16,820 nucleotides of DNA from a virus, in the UHGV virus genome UHGV-0364865, one strand, 5' to 3'. The position numbers and the translations under genes are program-made. This document shows positions 1 to 8,387 of this stretch, one piece after another (the stretch's first letter is position 1; the number at the start of each line of letters is the position of its first letter). Below the pieces are notes generated by a model. The model made no database searches. It was given only the letters and a program-made list of their open reading frames with translations, and was not told the origin of the DNA.

Positions 1-178
1 GAAGGAGTTCCCCGTCGGGCTACGGTCTCTGTTAATACGGGAATACGGCGACGATACAGCGCATGATGTGTCAGGCTTGAATACCTTTATCCTTTAAAAG
101 GGATATCAGTTAAGTTATCCCGTGTAGGGTATAAACCATTATCAAAGCCACTCTGTAGGAAGTGGCTTTTGTAATGGC

Positions 179-204
179 AATAAAAAGCCCCGCGAATGCG
201 AGGC
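179..204 (-). terminator. Intrinsic terminator-like hairpin on the minus strand downstream of Rz
   Basis: Minus-strand RNA would read GCCUCGC-AUUC-GCGGGGC followed by UUUUUAUU (plus-strand A-run 179-186, stem arms 187-193 and 198-204). Confidence 0.45.
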
Positions 205-378
205 TAAATCCTGGTATTTGTAATGACTGGTTCTTATCTCAACGCAGCCCCTTACCGCGCGCAAAATGCTCAATATCAAGCATCAGCAATGAGATGTTTA
301 ATCTGGATTCACTCCAGAAGTGAGCACCACCCTGTCTACAGAGCCAGATGTGAAGGATGATGAGTAAAATTATCGCTA

Positions 379-846
379 TCATCGAAGGCATTGCGTCCTG
401 ATGTATTCCTGAAGCGTTCTCAGTGCTGTTTGGTCGCGGATAATTCCGTCCCGGATACCGAGAACGTTTCGTCCAGCAACTGGAGAGAGTTCGACGGTGG
501 CATCATTGCCCATGCCGGAGGCGCTGGAGGTTTCGGCTGAGGATGGCACAGGGCATTTTCCTTTGACGAGCACCCGACCACCATTATCAAGCTTGCGCCG
601 AAGAGCATCATTTTCAGCTTTCGCATCAGCTAACTCCTTCGTGTATTTAGCATCAAGTGCATCAGCAGTACGCTGGCGCTGCTGCATGTCAGTAATGGTG
701 GCAGTCGCCTGCTTCAGCTCACTGACTTTTTTATCGCGCTGCTCTTTGTAGGTCATGGCGTTATCACGGTAATGATTAACAGCCCATGACAGGCAGACGA
801 TGATGCAGATAACCAGAGCGGAGATAATCGCGGTGACTCTGCTCAT
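379..846 (-). CDS. Rz: Rz i-spanin (inner-membrane spanin subunit)
   Basis: 155-aa ORF; N-terminal ~30 aa ([30 protein letters not shown]) and the [18 protein letters not shown] segment match lambda Rz as I recall it; N-terminal TM helix plus charged helical periplasmic part; immediately follows the endolysin with a 4-nt overlap. Confidence 0.9.
   Translation of the reverse strand: MSRVTAIISALVICIIVCLSWAVNHYRDNAMTYKEQRDKKVSELKQATATITDMQQRQRTADALDAKYTKELADAKAENDALRRKLDNGGRVLVKGKCPVPSSAETSSASGMGNDATVELSPVAGRNVLGIRDGIIRDQTALRTLQEYIRTQCLR
420..626 (-). CDS. Rz1: Rz1 o-spanin lipoprotein, embedded out of frame inside Rz
   Basis: 68-aa ORF fully inside Rz in another frame; signal peptide ending in lipobox VVGC; proline-rich mature region ([11 protein letters not shown]) typical of Rz1. 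Confidence 0.8.
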   Translation of the reverse strand: MRKLKMMLFGASLIMVVGCSSKENALCHPQPKPPAPPAWAMMPPSNSLQLLDETFSVSGTELSATKQH

Positions 847-1319
847 ACCTCAATCTCTCTGACCGTTCCGCCCGCTTCTTTGAATTTTGCAATCAGGCTA
901 TCAGCCTTATGCTCGAACTGACCATAACCAGCGCCCGGAAGTGAAGCCCAGATATTGCTGCAACGGTCAATTGCCTGACGAATATCACCGCGATCAATCA
1001 TCGGTAAAGCGCCACGTTCTTTAATCTGTTGCAGTGCCACAGCGTCCTGGCTTTTCGGAGAGAAGTCTTTCAGGCCAAGCTGCTTACAATAGGCATCCCA
1101 CCAACGGGAAAGAAGCTGGTAACGCCCGGCGGCTGTTGATTTGAGTTTTGGGTTTAGCGTGACAAGTTTGCGAGGGTGATCGGAGTAATCAGTGAATAGC
1201 TCACCACCTACAATGACGTCATAACCATGATTTCTGGTTTTCTGTCGTCCGTTATCAGTTCCCTCTGACCACGCCAGCATATCGAGGAACGCCTTACGTT
1301 GATTATTGATTTCCACCAT
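843..1319 (-). CDS. R: Endolysin R (lytic transglycosylase)
   Basis: 158-aa [54 protein letters not shown]..., essentially the lambda R sequence as recalled; position between S and Rz. Confidence 0.95.
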   Translation of the reverse strand: MVEINNQRKAFLDMLAWSEGTDNGRQKTRNHGYDVIVGGELFTDYSDHPRKLVTLNPKLKSTAAGRYQLLSRWWDAYCKQLGLKDFSPKSQDAVALQQIKERGALPMIDRGDIRQAIDRCSNIWASLPGAGYGQFEHKADSLIAKFKEAGGTVREIEV

Positions 1320-1626
1320 CTTCTACTCCGGCTTTTTTAGCAGCGAAGCGTTTGATAAGCGAACCAATCGAGTCAGTACCGATGTAGCCGATGAACACGC
1401 TCGTTATATAAGCGAGATTGCTACTTAGTCCGGCGAAGTCGAGAAGGTCACGAATGAACCAGGCGATAATGGCGCACATCGTTGCGTCGATTACTGTTTT
1501 TGTAAACGCACCGCCATTATATCTGCCGCGAAGGTACGCCATTGCAAACGCAAGGATTGCCCCGATGCCTTGTTCCTTTGCCGCGAGAATGGCGGCTAAC
1601 AGGTCATGTTTTTCTGGCATCTTCAT
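1303..1626 (-). CDS. S: Holin S (S107/S105 dual-start class I holin)
   Basis: 107-aa ORF starting [36 protein letters not shown]... (lambda S); the Met1-Lys2-Met3 dual-start motif is present; 17-nt overlap with R as in lambda. Confidence 0.95.
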   Translation of the reverse strand: MKMPEKHDLLAAILAAKEQGIGAILAFAMAYLRGRYNGGAFTKTVIDATMCAIIAWFIRDLLDFAGLSSNLAYITSVFIGYIGTDSIGSLIKRFAAKKAGVEDGGNQ

Positions 1627-2024
1627 GTCTTACCCCCAATAAGGGGATTTGCTCTATTTAATTAGGAATAAGGTCGATTACTGATAGAACAAATCCAGGC
1701 TACTGTGTTTAGTAATCAGATTTGTTCGTGACCGATATGCACGGGCAAAGCGGCATGAGGTTGTTAGCGCAGCCTCTTGCCACCCGCTTTCACGAAGGTC
1801 ATGTGTAGAAGGCCGCAGCGTAACTATCACTGATGAATTCAGGATAGCCAGTGGCTACGGCTCAGTTTGGGTTGTGCTGTTGCTGGGCGGCGATGACGCC
1901 TGTACGCATTTGGTGATCCGGTTCTGCTTCCGGCATTCGCTTAATTCAGCACAACGGAAAGAGCACTCGGTGCATTTAAGACAAGCTCCATAAGGGAGAA
2001 TGCTCTTACCTGTTACACAGATAT

Positions 2025-2082
2025 AAAAAATCCCGAAACCGTTATGCAGGCTCTAACTATTGCCTGCGAACTGTTTCGGGAT
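2025..2082 (-). terminator. tR' terminator of the short pR' (6S) transcript
   Basis: Minus-strand RNA forms a long hairpin (UCCCGAAAC ... GUUUCGGGA with an inner GCAGGC/GCCUGC hairpin) followed by a U6 run (plus-strand A-run 2025-2030); about 190 nt downstream of the pR' start, as in lambda. Confidence 0.8.
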
Positions 2083-2217
2083 TGCATTTTACAGACCTCT
2101 CAGCCTGCGATGGTTGGAGTTCCAGACGATACGTCGAAGTGACCAACTAGGCGGAATCGGTAGTAAGCGCCGCCTCTTTTCATCTCACTACCACAACGAG
2201 CGAATTAACCCATCGTT
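2025..2217 (-). ncRNA. 6S-type short late transcript from pR' to tR'
   Basis: Inferred from pR' (-10 at 2224-2229) and tR' (2025-2082); predicted length about 193 nt, close to lambda's ~194 nt 6S RNA. The overlapping 68-aa plus-strand ORF 2060-2266 is regarded as spurious. Confidence 0.6.
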
Positions 2218-2223
2218 GGGTCA

Positions 2224-2252
2224 AATTTACCCAAGTTTATTCAAAAAGTCAA
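2224..2252 (-). promoter_or_regulatory. Late promoter pR' with overlapping Q-utilisation (qut) region
   Basis: Minus strand reads TTGACT (2252-2247), a 17-nt spacer, then TAAATT (2229-2224), directly downstream of Q; the surrounding sequence closely resembles lambda pR' as I recall it. Confidence 0.8.
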
Positions 2253-2294
2253 TATCATGCCGTTAATATGTTGCCATCCGTGGAAATCATGCTG

Positions 2295-2918
2295 CTAACG
2301 TGTGACCGCATTCAAAATGTTGTCTGCGATTGACTCTTCCTTGTGGCATTGCACCACCAGAGCGTCATACAGCGGCTTAACAGTGCGTGACCAGGTGGGT
2401 TGGGTAAGGTTTGGGATTAGCATCGTTACAGCGCGATATGCGGCGCTTGCTGGCATCCTGGAATAGCCGACGCCTTTGCATCTTCCGCACTCTTTCTCAA
2501 CAACTCTCCCCCACTGCTCTGTTTTTGCTATATCAACCGCACGACCTGTACCGTGGCAATCTCTGCATCTTGCGCCCGGCGTCGCGGCACTACGGCAATA
2601 ATCCGCATAAGCGAATGTTGCGAGCACTTGCAGTACCTTTGCCTTAGTATTTCCTTCAAGCTTTGCCACACCACGGTATTTCCCCGATACCTTGTGTGCA
2701 AATTGCATCAGATAGTTGATAGCCTTTTGTTTGTCGTTCTGGCTGAGTTCGTGCTTACCGCAGAATGCAGCCATACCGAATCCGGCTTGTGATTGCGCCA
2801 TCCCCATAGCAGCCATCACATCAGTACCGGAAAGAGAGTCAGAAGCCGTAGCCCGTGGTGAGTCGCTCATCATTGGGCTTTTTGGCGAATGAAATTTAGC
2901 TACGCTTTCGAGTCTCAT
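2295..2918 (-). CDS. Q: Late-gene antiterminator Q
   Basis: 207-aa ORF, MRLESVAKFHSPKSPMMSDSPRATASDSLSG...CRDCHGTGRAVD...ECGRCKGVGYS..., matches lambda Q including the zinc-binding Cys cluster; start overlaps the ninH stop (ATGA). Confidence 0.95.
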   Translation of the reverse strand: MRLESVAKFHSPKSPMMSDSPRATASDSLSGTDVMAAMGMAQSQAGFGMAAFCGKHELSQNDKQKAINYLMQFAHKVSGKYRGVAKLEGNTKAKVLQVLATFAYADYCRSAATPGARCRDCHGTGRAVDIAKTEQWGRVVEKECGRCKGVGYSRMPASAAYRAVTMLIPNLTQPTWSRTVKPLYDALVVQCHKEESIADNILNAVTR

Positions 2919-3103
2919 CGTCTTCCCCTCTTGCCCTGTTTGACCATCAGGACGCCGTTAACTATTACGTGACGCTCACCTTTGCTGTCTCGGTTGTACT
3001 TGAGCACTGTTCCTCTTGCGCAGGAAAGCATCCTCGCCACTTCGGTCTGATTGTCTCGTGTCTGGATAAGAAGCTCTGGTATCGTTTGAATTGTGGCGTT
3101 CAT
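2915..3103 (-). CDS. ninH: NinH-like small DNA-binding protein
   Basis: 62-aa ORF with GNQTEVARxLxCxRGTVxKY and VNxVLMV motifs resembling lambda NinH but clearly a divergent allele; sits immediately upstream of Q as in lambda. Confidence 0.7.
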   Translation of the reverse strand: MNATIQTIPELLIQTRDNQTEVARMLSCARGTVLKYNRDSKGERHVIVNGVLMVKQGKRGRR

Positions 3104-3462
3104 GCGTTCTCCAGTTCGGTGATTTTTATTCCAAGCCGTCCGCCTGGTACTTTCACACCACGAATTACGCGAATGTCATCGAATTGCTCGTCGTCTTCCG
3201 CAAATCCGGCGTGGATAAGGGAATCGAGTAAACCTTTCAGGATGTTGTCGAGGTCGCGGCGGCGGGAGTCTGGAACGTCTGCGATGACTTTGATGCGGAG
3301 TCGTGATTTGGTGAAAATGTCTAACTTAAGTTGGCGGATGATTTGCTGAACGTCTTTTCGGTATTTCTGGCCTTTATCGCTTATGTAATATTGGCTTCCC
3401 CGTCTTCGCCAGTAGGTATTCACCGACGGCGGGTATGGAAGCACAAACTGATATTCGTTCAT
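3100..3462 (-). CDS. rusA: RusA-family Holliday junction resolvase
   Basis: 120-aa ORF with the RusA signature region (..PDxRRRDLDNxxKxxxDxL...D.D....V.K....GG.L...I.E); ATGA overlap with ninH; ybcO-rusA order as in the DLP12 prophage. Confidence 0.8.
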   Translation of the reverse strand: MNEYQFVLPYPPSVNTYWRRRGSQYYISDKGQKYRKDVQQIIRQLKLDIFTKSRLRIKVIADVPDSRRRDLDNILKGLLDSLIHAGFAEDDEQFDDIRVIRGVKVPGGRLGIKITELENA

Positions 3463-3749
3463 GACTTAATCTTCCCCTCCCTCAGCAGTATCGCCTGCGT
3501 CCTGATCACGCCTTCGAGGTGGTAAAGTCTGGCGTCTTTGTTGTCGATATTATGGGTGCGTCGGTCGATCTCCGCGTGGCAGTCACTACAAGCCCATGCA
3601 CCGATCAGGTCGTCAGGCTTCATTCCCGTTCCGCAAATTCCAGCCATCCGGTAATGTGCCAGAACTGTAGTTTCAGGATTGCCATTGCATACGCCGTAAA
3701 TACGTACCTGGCATTCTCTGTTGCGCGCTTCTTTGCGTAGGTTAGCCAT
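3459..3749 (-). CDS. ybcO: YbcO-like DUF1364 protein (putative nuclease, Cys/His metal-binding)
   Basis: 96-aa ORF with conserved C/H residues (C..C...H, CSDCH); located immediately upstream of rusA as in DLP12; family assignment from memory. Confidence 0.55.
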   Translation of the reverse strand: MANLRKEARNRECQVRIYGVCNGNPETTVLAHYRMAGICGTGMKPDDLIGAWACSDCHAEIDRRTHNIDNKDARLYHLEGVIRTQAILLREGKIKS

Positions 3750-4474
3750 TAAGCAGCCTCTCCTGTTACTTTCAGCATTCCGTTATCGAGCAGCTTTCTG
3801 GTCAGCCACTGTTGGCCACGTCCGGTGATTTTTGTAGTGAACGATATCTGTATTCCGTGATTTGTGTTGACCGCTGTTTCTTTCACTGTGAAATAGCCGC
3901 GATCCATATATTCCTGCATTGGCACATTGCGCCGGGAACCTGAAGCAATAAGGATTTTGTGATCGCGCATCCACGCAAACAGTTTGTTTGGACCAATTCC
4001 AACAACCTTTGCAAAGTTTCCAATCAAAATTCCGCTGGCCTCGCCAACGCGATCGGCAAACTCAACTTTAGGTGCGGCAATTGCGAGCTGGTTTTCCAGT
4101 TGCATTTTCTGCTCAGCAAGGTTAGCAGCAAGGCGCAACGCTTCTGGTAGCGTTTTGGGGATATTAACCGCAGCTTCTTCAAGCTCTCGCCAACGGTCAA
4201 CAAGGCGAGCGGTGAACTCTGGCGACAACTGGGCGACGACAATAATGCTGTCTCGCTTTCCTTGTTCGCCCTCGAAGACGTAGAAATCACGCTTCCCGGT
4301 AATAACACCTAAATCATTGATTATGTTAGTGTGCTGCAATGCAGGAGGCTTGATAACGCCACGTTTCACCAATCTATCTATGGATACTTTTACATTGCTA
4401 TGGCGGCTTTCTACCAACTCAGCGATTTCAATGCTTGTCATTTTGATGGCATTGCCATTTATTAACTCATTCAT
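3749..4474 (-). CDS. Rha-family phage regulatory protein fused to a KilAC-type antirepressor domain
   Basis: 241-aa ORF; N-terminal region (TSIEIAELVESRHSNVKVSIDRLVKRGVI) resembles the Rha domain; C-terminal region (..FAKVVGIGPNKLFAWMRDHKILIASGSRRNVPMQEYMDRGYF) resembles the KilAC antirepressor domain; good SD (GAGGAAG) before the first ATG. Confidence 0.65.
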   Translation of the reverse strand: MNELINGNAIKMTSIEIAELVESRHSNVKVSIDRLVKRGVIKPPALQHTNIINDLGVITGKRDFYVFEGEQGKRDSIIVVAQLSPEFTARLVDRWRELEEAAVNIPKTLPEALRLAANLAEQKMQLENQLAIAAPKVEFADRVGEASGILIGNFAKVVGIGPNKLFAWMRDHKILIASGSRRNVPMQEYMDRGYFTVKETAVNTNHGIQISFTTKITGRGQQWLTRKLLDNGMLKVTGEAA

Positions 4475-4637
4475 CGTCTTCTTCCTCGAACATTGAGCTA
4501 TTCGGATCGCTCATCAGTTCTGCGCAGCAGTGCTCACATACGTGAACTTCCAGCACATGCAGCTTCTGACCGCAATTAGCGCACGTTAAAGCCCGCTCGA
4601 CGCTTTCTTGTTCGTAACTTCGATTTGGGTCAATCAC
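4467..4637 (-). CDS. ninF: NinF-like small zinc-finger protein
   Basis: Ends ...[48 protein letters not shown], matching lambda NinF as recalled. Start placed at a GTG (4635-4637) that overlaps the ninE stop (GTGA); the tracked ORF extends upstream to an ATG at 4679 that would overlap ninE by 46 nt. Confidence 0.65.
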   Translation of the reverse strand: MIDPNRSYEQESVERALTCANCGQKLHVLEVHVCEHCCAELMSDPNSSMFEEEDDE

Positions 4638-4816
4638 CTTGTATTCCTCGCACGATTTCTTAGCCACCGGATATCCCACAAGTGAGCCGTGTAGTTGAAG
4701 GTTTTTACGTCAGATTCTTTTGGAATTGGCTTGCGTTTATTTCTGGAGCGTTTCGTTGGAAGGTATTTGCAGTTTTCGCAGATGATGTCGGTGAAACTTC
4801 GTCGCTGTCGTCTCAT
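4634..4816 (-). CDS. ninE: NinE
   Basis: 60-aa product [60 protein letters not shown], close to lambda NinE; start chosen at the internal Met of the 90-aa tracked ORF, giving an ATGA overlap with the methyltransferase stop. Confidence 0.8.
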   Translation of the reverse strand: MRRQRRSFTDIICENCKYLPTKRSRNKRKPIPKESDVKTFNYTAHLWDIRWLRNRARNTR

Positions 4817-5340
4817 GTCGCCCTCCTGACGCCCTGCCCGATCGCCATCAATGCCGCTTTGGATACGGTAGTAAACATCCGTCGAGGACTGATGAACGGT
4901 CGCCAAATCAGCAGCATGGAGCCTTTGCTGTTTCCCTTCTTCTCCAGCCCCGTCGATGGTTCGATAAAATTAATCCGTCCATCAGTGATGATGCGAACTT
5001 CGTCAACGCTCTCCAGAGCCTTGCTGAACCATCCGACTGACATATCCTCTGGCACAAGCATCACTACCGTCTGTCGCTGTTGTATGCACTGCTCAGCAGC
5101 TTTTTCCACCCACGGCCTGATATTGCTGTACGGTGGGTTATTCCAGATTGCACCGTGGCTTACCCACTCAGAATTGAGCGCGTCGTCGGCCTCAGTTAGC
5201 CAGTGAGCGCACAGAGCATTTTTGTCGCTCGCTGCCGAATCCAGCCAGAATCCAAACTCAATATCCAGTGCATCAAAAAGCCAAAGCGGCGTTTGCCAGC
5301 AGTCCTTGTCGTGTGCCGGCGTATTTGATTTGATAGTCAC
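4813..5340 (-). CDS. Phage Dam-type DNA N6-adenine methyltransferase (orphan)
   Basis: Contains the WQTP...[11 protein letters not shown]-terminal motif and the catalytic NPPY tetrapeptide (IWNNPPYS). Start placed at a GTG (5338-5340) with SD AGGAGAGG upstream and a GTGA overlap with the upstream gene; the tracked ORF start at 5376 lacks an SD. Confidence 0.8.
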   Translation of the reverse strand: MTIKSNTPAHDKDCWQTPLWLFDALDIEFGFWLDSAASDKNALCAHWLTEADDALNSEWVSHGAIWNNPPYSNIRPWVEKAAEQCIQQRQTVVMLVPEDMSVGWFSKALESVDEVRIITDGRINFIEPSTGLEKKGNSKGSMLLIWRPFISPRRMFTTVSKAALMAIGQGVRRAT

Positions 5341-5762
5341 TCTACTTGCCTCTCCTTTAGATCCAGGTACTCGCAATTATCAGGAATGGTTAGTCGTAAT
5401 CCCTTCTGATGCGCCCACTGGTCAATATCGGTCAGATATTTGTGCATATCTCCAATATCAAGCTGACGTGTTGATTTAACGCATCGTGTAATATTAAAAA
5501 TCGTCACCCTTTTAGCCGGACAAAACATATCTTTCAGCCACTCATGAACCTCTTCAGGCGTGAAGTTTTCAGCAGAAGCAGCAGATAACTGTGCGGCTAT
5601 TTCTGCATTCCACACCCACATCAGATTGTTTTGTGACAATGTACGCTTCTCACGGTACTCAGATATTTTGATTCGCCAGCGTTTGCCGGTAGAGAGGATT
5701 TGTTTCAGAACTAACCAGAATTGTGATTTATTGGTTTCGTGCAGAATGAAATCATTCATCAT
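5337..5762 (-). CDS. NinB/YbcN-like protein (recombination-associated; assignment uncertain)
   Basis: 141-aa ORF in the position of ninB/ybcN, upstream of ninE; contains an SQNNLMWVW motif reminiscent of NinB-family proteins; not verified. Confidence 0.45.
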   Translation of the reverse strand: MMNDFILHETNKSQFWLVLKQILSTGKRWRIKISEYREKRTLSQNNLMWVWNAEIAAQLSAASAENFTPEEVHEWLKDMFCPAKRVTIFNITRCVKSTRQLDIGDMHKYLTDIDQWAHQKGLRLTIPDNCEYLDLKERQVE

Positions 5763-5979
5763 CAGTCATCAAATCTAATTGCTGGATAATTCTGTCACAC
5801 TGAAAATCATTATCGATTTTAACCAACCGGCGAAGAACGCGGTCACGCGGATAGATACGTGGCTTAGGGGCGTTTTTCTGTCTCTCGCCAGTCGGAAGTC
5901 TGGAAGCAGACCAGTACCGATTTGCACGACCAATGTTCTCCTGAAAGTCGGCGCGGACAAGCTCAGTCATCGAACTCAT
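5752..5979 (-). CDS. Hypothetical protein (first gene of the nin region after the tR2-like terminator)
   Basis: 75-aa ORF with a GGAGG SD about 8 nt upstream of the ATG; no recognisable motif. Confidence 0.5.
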   Translation of the reverse strand: MSSMTELVRADFQENIGRANRYWSASRLPTGERQKNAPKPRIYPRDRVLRRLVKIDNDFQCDRIIQQLDLMTDDE

Positions 5980-6007
5980 TTCTTAAAGCCTCCAATTACT
6001 CTCCCCC

Positions 6008-6039
6008 AAATAAAAAGGCCTGCGATTACCAGCAGGCCT
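6008..6039 (-). terminator. tR2-like intrinsic terminator between the replication genes and the nin region
   Basis: Minus-strand RNA: AGGCCUGC-(8 nt loop)-GCAGGCCU followed by UUUUAUUU (stem arms 6016-6023 and 6032-6039, plus-strand A-run 6008-6015); located just after the helicase stop. Confidence 0.7.
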
Positions 6040-6064
6040 GTTATTAGCTCAGTGATGTAGATGG

Positions 6065-7441
6065 TCATACGTCAGCCCCTTGTGCATATCGTCTGCCACG
6101 CGCAGCAGGTGCATTTGATGCTGTGCAAATCTGTCTGGCTTCATCCTGGTCACACGCAACAAAGTGTCCGTTGCAGAACCGCTGGTAAACCGTACCAAGT
6201 GAGCCAAAACGGTTTTTCGTCACGATGATTTCAGCAAATGGCGCGGCGCTACTGTTCTCGTCATATACAGCTTCCCGATAGAGCATGATGATTGAGTCTG
6301 CGTCCTGTTCAATGCTTCCTGAATCACGCAAATCTGCGTTTGTCGGGCGCTTGTTTGGTCGCTTCTCAACATCGCGTGAAAGCTGACTCAGGGAAATAAC
6401 CGGTGTTTTCAGGTCTTTCGCCATCGCCTTCATGCTTCCGGAGATGTGAGCAATTGCGAGGTCGTTGCGGTCTGCTTTCGGCTTCTCAATCAGGCCAAGA
6501 TAATCCGCCATGATGAGTGACAGGTTTGGATTTTCCTGTTTGTGCCTTTCTGCGATTGAGCGAATTTCTTCGACCGATAACCGCGAGGCATCGACTACCC
6601 ATACATCCAAATCTGCAAGCTGACTCATGCCGTTAGCAACACGCGCCCAGCCTTCGTCATCCATCGATGCAGGATTTCGCAGTACGCTAACCGACATTCT
6701 CCCGGCGTTGGCAATGCTTCGCTCTGCAATCTGCAATGCGCTCATTTCCATTGAGAAAATCAATACTCCGCGCCGGACGTCAGAACCAGGAATAACGCGG
6801 CTTGCAACGCCTTCGGCAATCTTCAGCGCCAGTTCGGTTTTCCCCATACCAGGACGAGCAGCGATTATCACCAGGTCTTCTGCGTTCATCCCTCCGGTGA
6901 TAGCGTCAAGCTCTTCGATTCCGGTCTTCAGGGTATCGGACTCTTCTCCGTTCCTCAGACGCCTGTCAAGCGTGTCAGTGTAGTCGGTGATGATTTCCCC
7001 TAACCGTACAGGTTTAACCTCGTCACGGGGCTTTCTGATAGCTGAAAGACGCTTTACGAGCTCGTCCATCGCCTGACTCGATGTATCGATGGTTCCGCTC
7101 TGAATTGGTTCACGCATTTCATCCATGATTTCCAGCACCAGACGGCGGTGATAGTTATCCGCGACCATTCCGGCATATCCCTTCAGGTTTGCGGCACTCG
7201 GGCAGTTTTTGCTGGTCATCAGGATTGACGTGAAATGCTCCTCTCCGCACGCCTCGGCAACCATCAGCGCGTCGATTAGGTTTCTGTTTCGCGCCTGCTT
7301 GCGGATAACCTCGAAGGCTTTCCGGTAGAGCGGAATTGAAAACGCTTCCGGCTCCAGCGTTGCCAGAACGTCGCTGGCGGTTGGTGTTAATCCACCAATC
7401 AGCAGGCCACCGATAACGCTCGCTTCGATATCCTGTTTCAT
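6065..7441 (-). CDS. Replicative DNA helicase, DnaB-like (P22 gene 12 type)
   Basis: 458-aa ORF with DnaB N-terminal domain and a RecA-like core: Walker A (ARPGMGKT), Walker B-like (LIMADYLGL), and typical DnaB motifs ([20 protein letters not shown]); ATGA overlap with the initiator gene. Confidence 0.9.
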   Translation of the reverse strand: MKQDIEASVIGGLLIGGLTPTASDVLATLEPEAFSIPLYRKAFEVIRKQARNRNLIDALMVAEACGEEHFTSILMTSKNCPSAANLKGYAGMVADNYHRRLVLEIMDEMREPIQSGTIDTSSQAMDELVKRLSAIRKPRDEVKPVRLGEIITDYTDTLDRRLRNGEESDTLKTGIEELDAITGGMNAEDLVIIAARPGMGKTELALKIAEGVASRVIPGSDVRRGVLIFSMEMSALQIAERSIANAGRMSVSVLRNPASMDDEGWARVANGMSQLADLDVWVVDASRLSVEEIRSIAERHKQENPNLSLIMADYLGLIEKPKADRNDLAIAHISGSMKAMAKDLKTPVISLSQLSRDVEKRPNKRPTNADLRDSGSIEQDADSIIMLYREAVYDENSSAAPFAEIIVTKNRFGSLGTVYQRFCNGHFVACDQDEARQICTASNAPAARGRRYAQGADV

Positions 7442-8385
7442 GCAATCCCCCTGTCTGCAAACTTCCCTTCCCGAACTCCCGTTAACGAGTCTTCTCTCAG
7501 CAGGTAATCAAAATCAGCCGTCCAGCCCGTGTCGTTGTCTCCGAAGTAAAACGGCTTGGCCTGATGCACAAACGCCCTGACATACGCCCTGAAACCGTCC
7601 ACGTTTGGCGTTTTCAGTTGCGGGATGATTTTCTTCAGGCGGCGTTTGCGTTTCTCGTTGACCGCAACAGCGTGTGGCAGTCTGTCACCGACTTCGGTGT
7701 TGTAGGCGTTCAGGAAGGATTCGTAGTCGATTCGTTCTGCCTTGCGACGTTCAGGTTTAACCTGCCCATCGCCTCCCCCATTGGGGGGTAGGGGGGTATT
7801 ATTTATATTCTTGTTAATACCTTCTTGTTCATGATGTGCGGTTGTTTGTGCGGCTTCATGTGCGCTTTCATGTGCGGCATGTACGCTGAAAGCCGCGCCA
7901 TTGCTGGCTTCATCATGTGCGGAATCATGTGCGGTTGTTTGTGCGGCTTCATGTGCGGGTAAATCGTCCATTTTTTGAGCATATTCATGGTAATTTGTGA
8001 TGGTTATCACACGACCTTTTTGCTTCTCTCCATCAATGGAGATCATCCCCTCTTTCACAAAAACCTGAAGCATCCGCTCAACCTGATCACGGCTTGCTGG
8101 CTTGCCATGTCTGTCGCATAACTGAAGACCTAAATCAGCTGCTGTCACAACCAGTTGACCGGGTTGCAGATGCCATTCATTACCTTTGAAATTCGCTTTG
8201 TATGGCTTTCTGGCGGCATTCAGGAGAAGGTTTTCCCACAGGGTGCGAAGATAAACATCTTTCGCCCATGACTGTTTCAGAATGCTCCGGTACAACGGAA
8301 TGTAACCAGTTTTCTGGTTCTCCATCCTGTTGCTCCTGCGCTCGTGTGCGGCGCTGAAATCGTAGATTTTTGCTGTATTGCTCAT
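7438..8385 (-). CDS. Replication initiator, lambda O-like (P22 gene 18 type)
   Basis: 315-aa ORF; N-terminus [10 protein letters not shown] resembles lambda O (MTNTAKILNF); internal repetitive linker ([10 protein letters not shown]...) is encoded by DNA iterons; directly upstream of the helicase. Confidence 0.8.
   Translation of the reverse strand: MSNTAKIYDFSAAHERRSNRMENQKTGYIPLYRSILKQSWAKDVYLRTLWENLLLNAARKPYKANFKGNEWHLQPGQLVVTAADLGLQLCDRHGKPASRDQVERMLQVFVKEGMISIDGEKQKGRVITITNYHEYAQKMDDLPAHEAAQTTAHDSAHDEASNGAAFSVHAAHESAHEAAQTTAHHEQEGINKNINNTPLPPNGGGDGQVKPERRKAERIDYESFLNAYNTEVGDRLPHAVAVNEKRKRRLKKIIPQLKTPNVDGFRAYVRAFVHQAKPFYFGDNDTGWTADFDYLLREDSLTGVREGKFADRGIA
7829..7958. repeat. Origin-type iterons inside the initiator gene: tandem ~12-bp units (consensus about YTTCATGTGCGG) in two clusters, including a perfect 31-bp direct repeat (7834-7864 and 7927-7957), with an adjacent AT-rich block at about 7797-7820
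   Basis: Read directly from the sequence; the arrangement (iterons plus AT-rich segment inside the O-like gene linker) parallels ori-lambda. The 61-aa ORF 7803-7988 is an artefact of these repeats. Confidence 0.75.
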
Positions 8386-8387
8386 AA

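Noticed and set aside
497-751. 84-aa plus-strand ORF inside Rz/Rz1
   Set aside because: Entirely within two well-supported minus-strand lysis genes; no independent support.
2060-2266. 68-aa plus-strand ORF in the Q-S intergenic region
   Set aside because: Overlaps the pR'/6S/tR' region, which is non-coding in lambda; no SD; opposite to local transcription.
5775-5960. 61-aa minus-strand ORF overlapping the 75-aa ORF at 5752-5979
   Set aside because: Alternative frame of the same interval; the 75-aa frame has the GGAGG SD.
7829-7958. Short tandem repeats that could suggest a CRISPR array
   Set aside because: Units are about 12 bp, contiguous without spacers, lie inside a coding sequence and have the hallmarks of origin iterons.
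7803-7988. 61-aa minus-strand ORF with repetitive PHMK/PHKQ peptide
   Set aside because: Alternative-frame artefact of the iterons inside the initiator gene.
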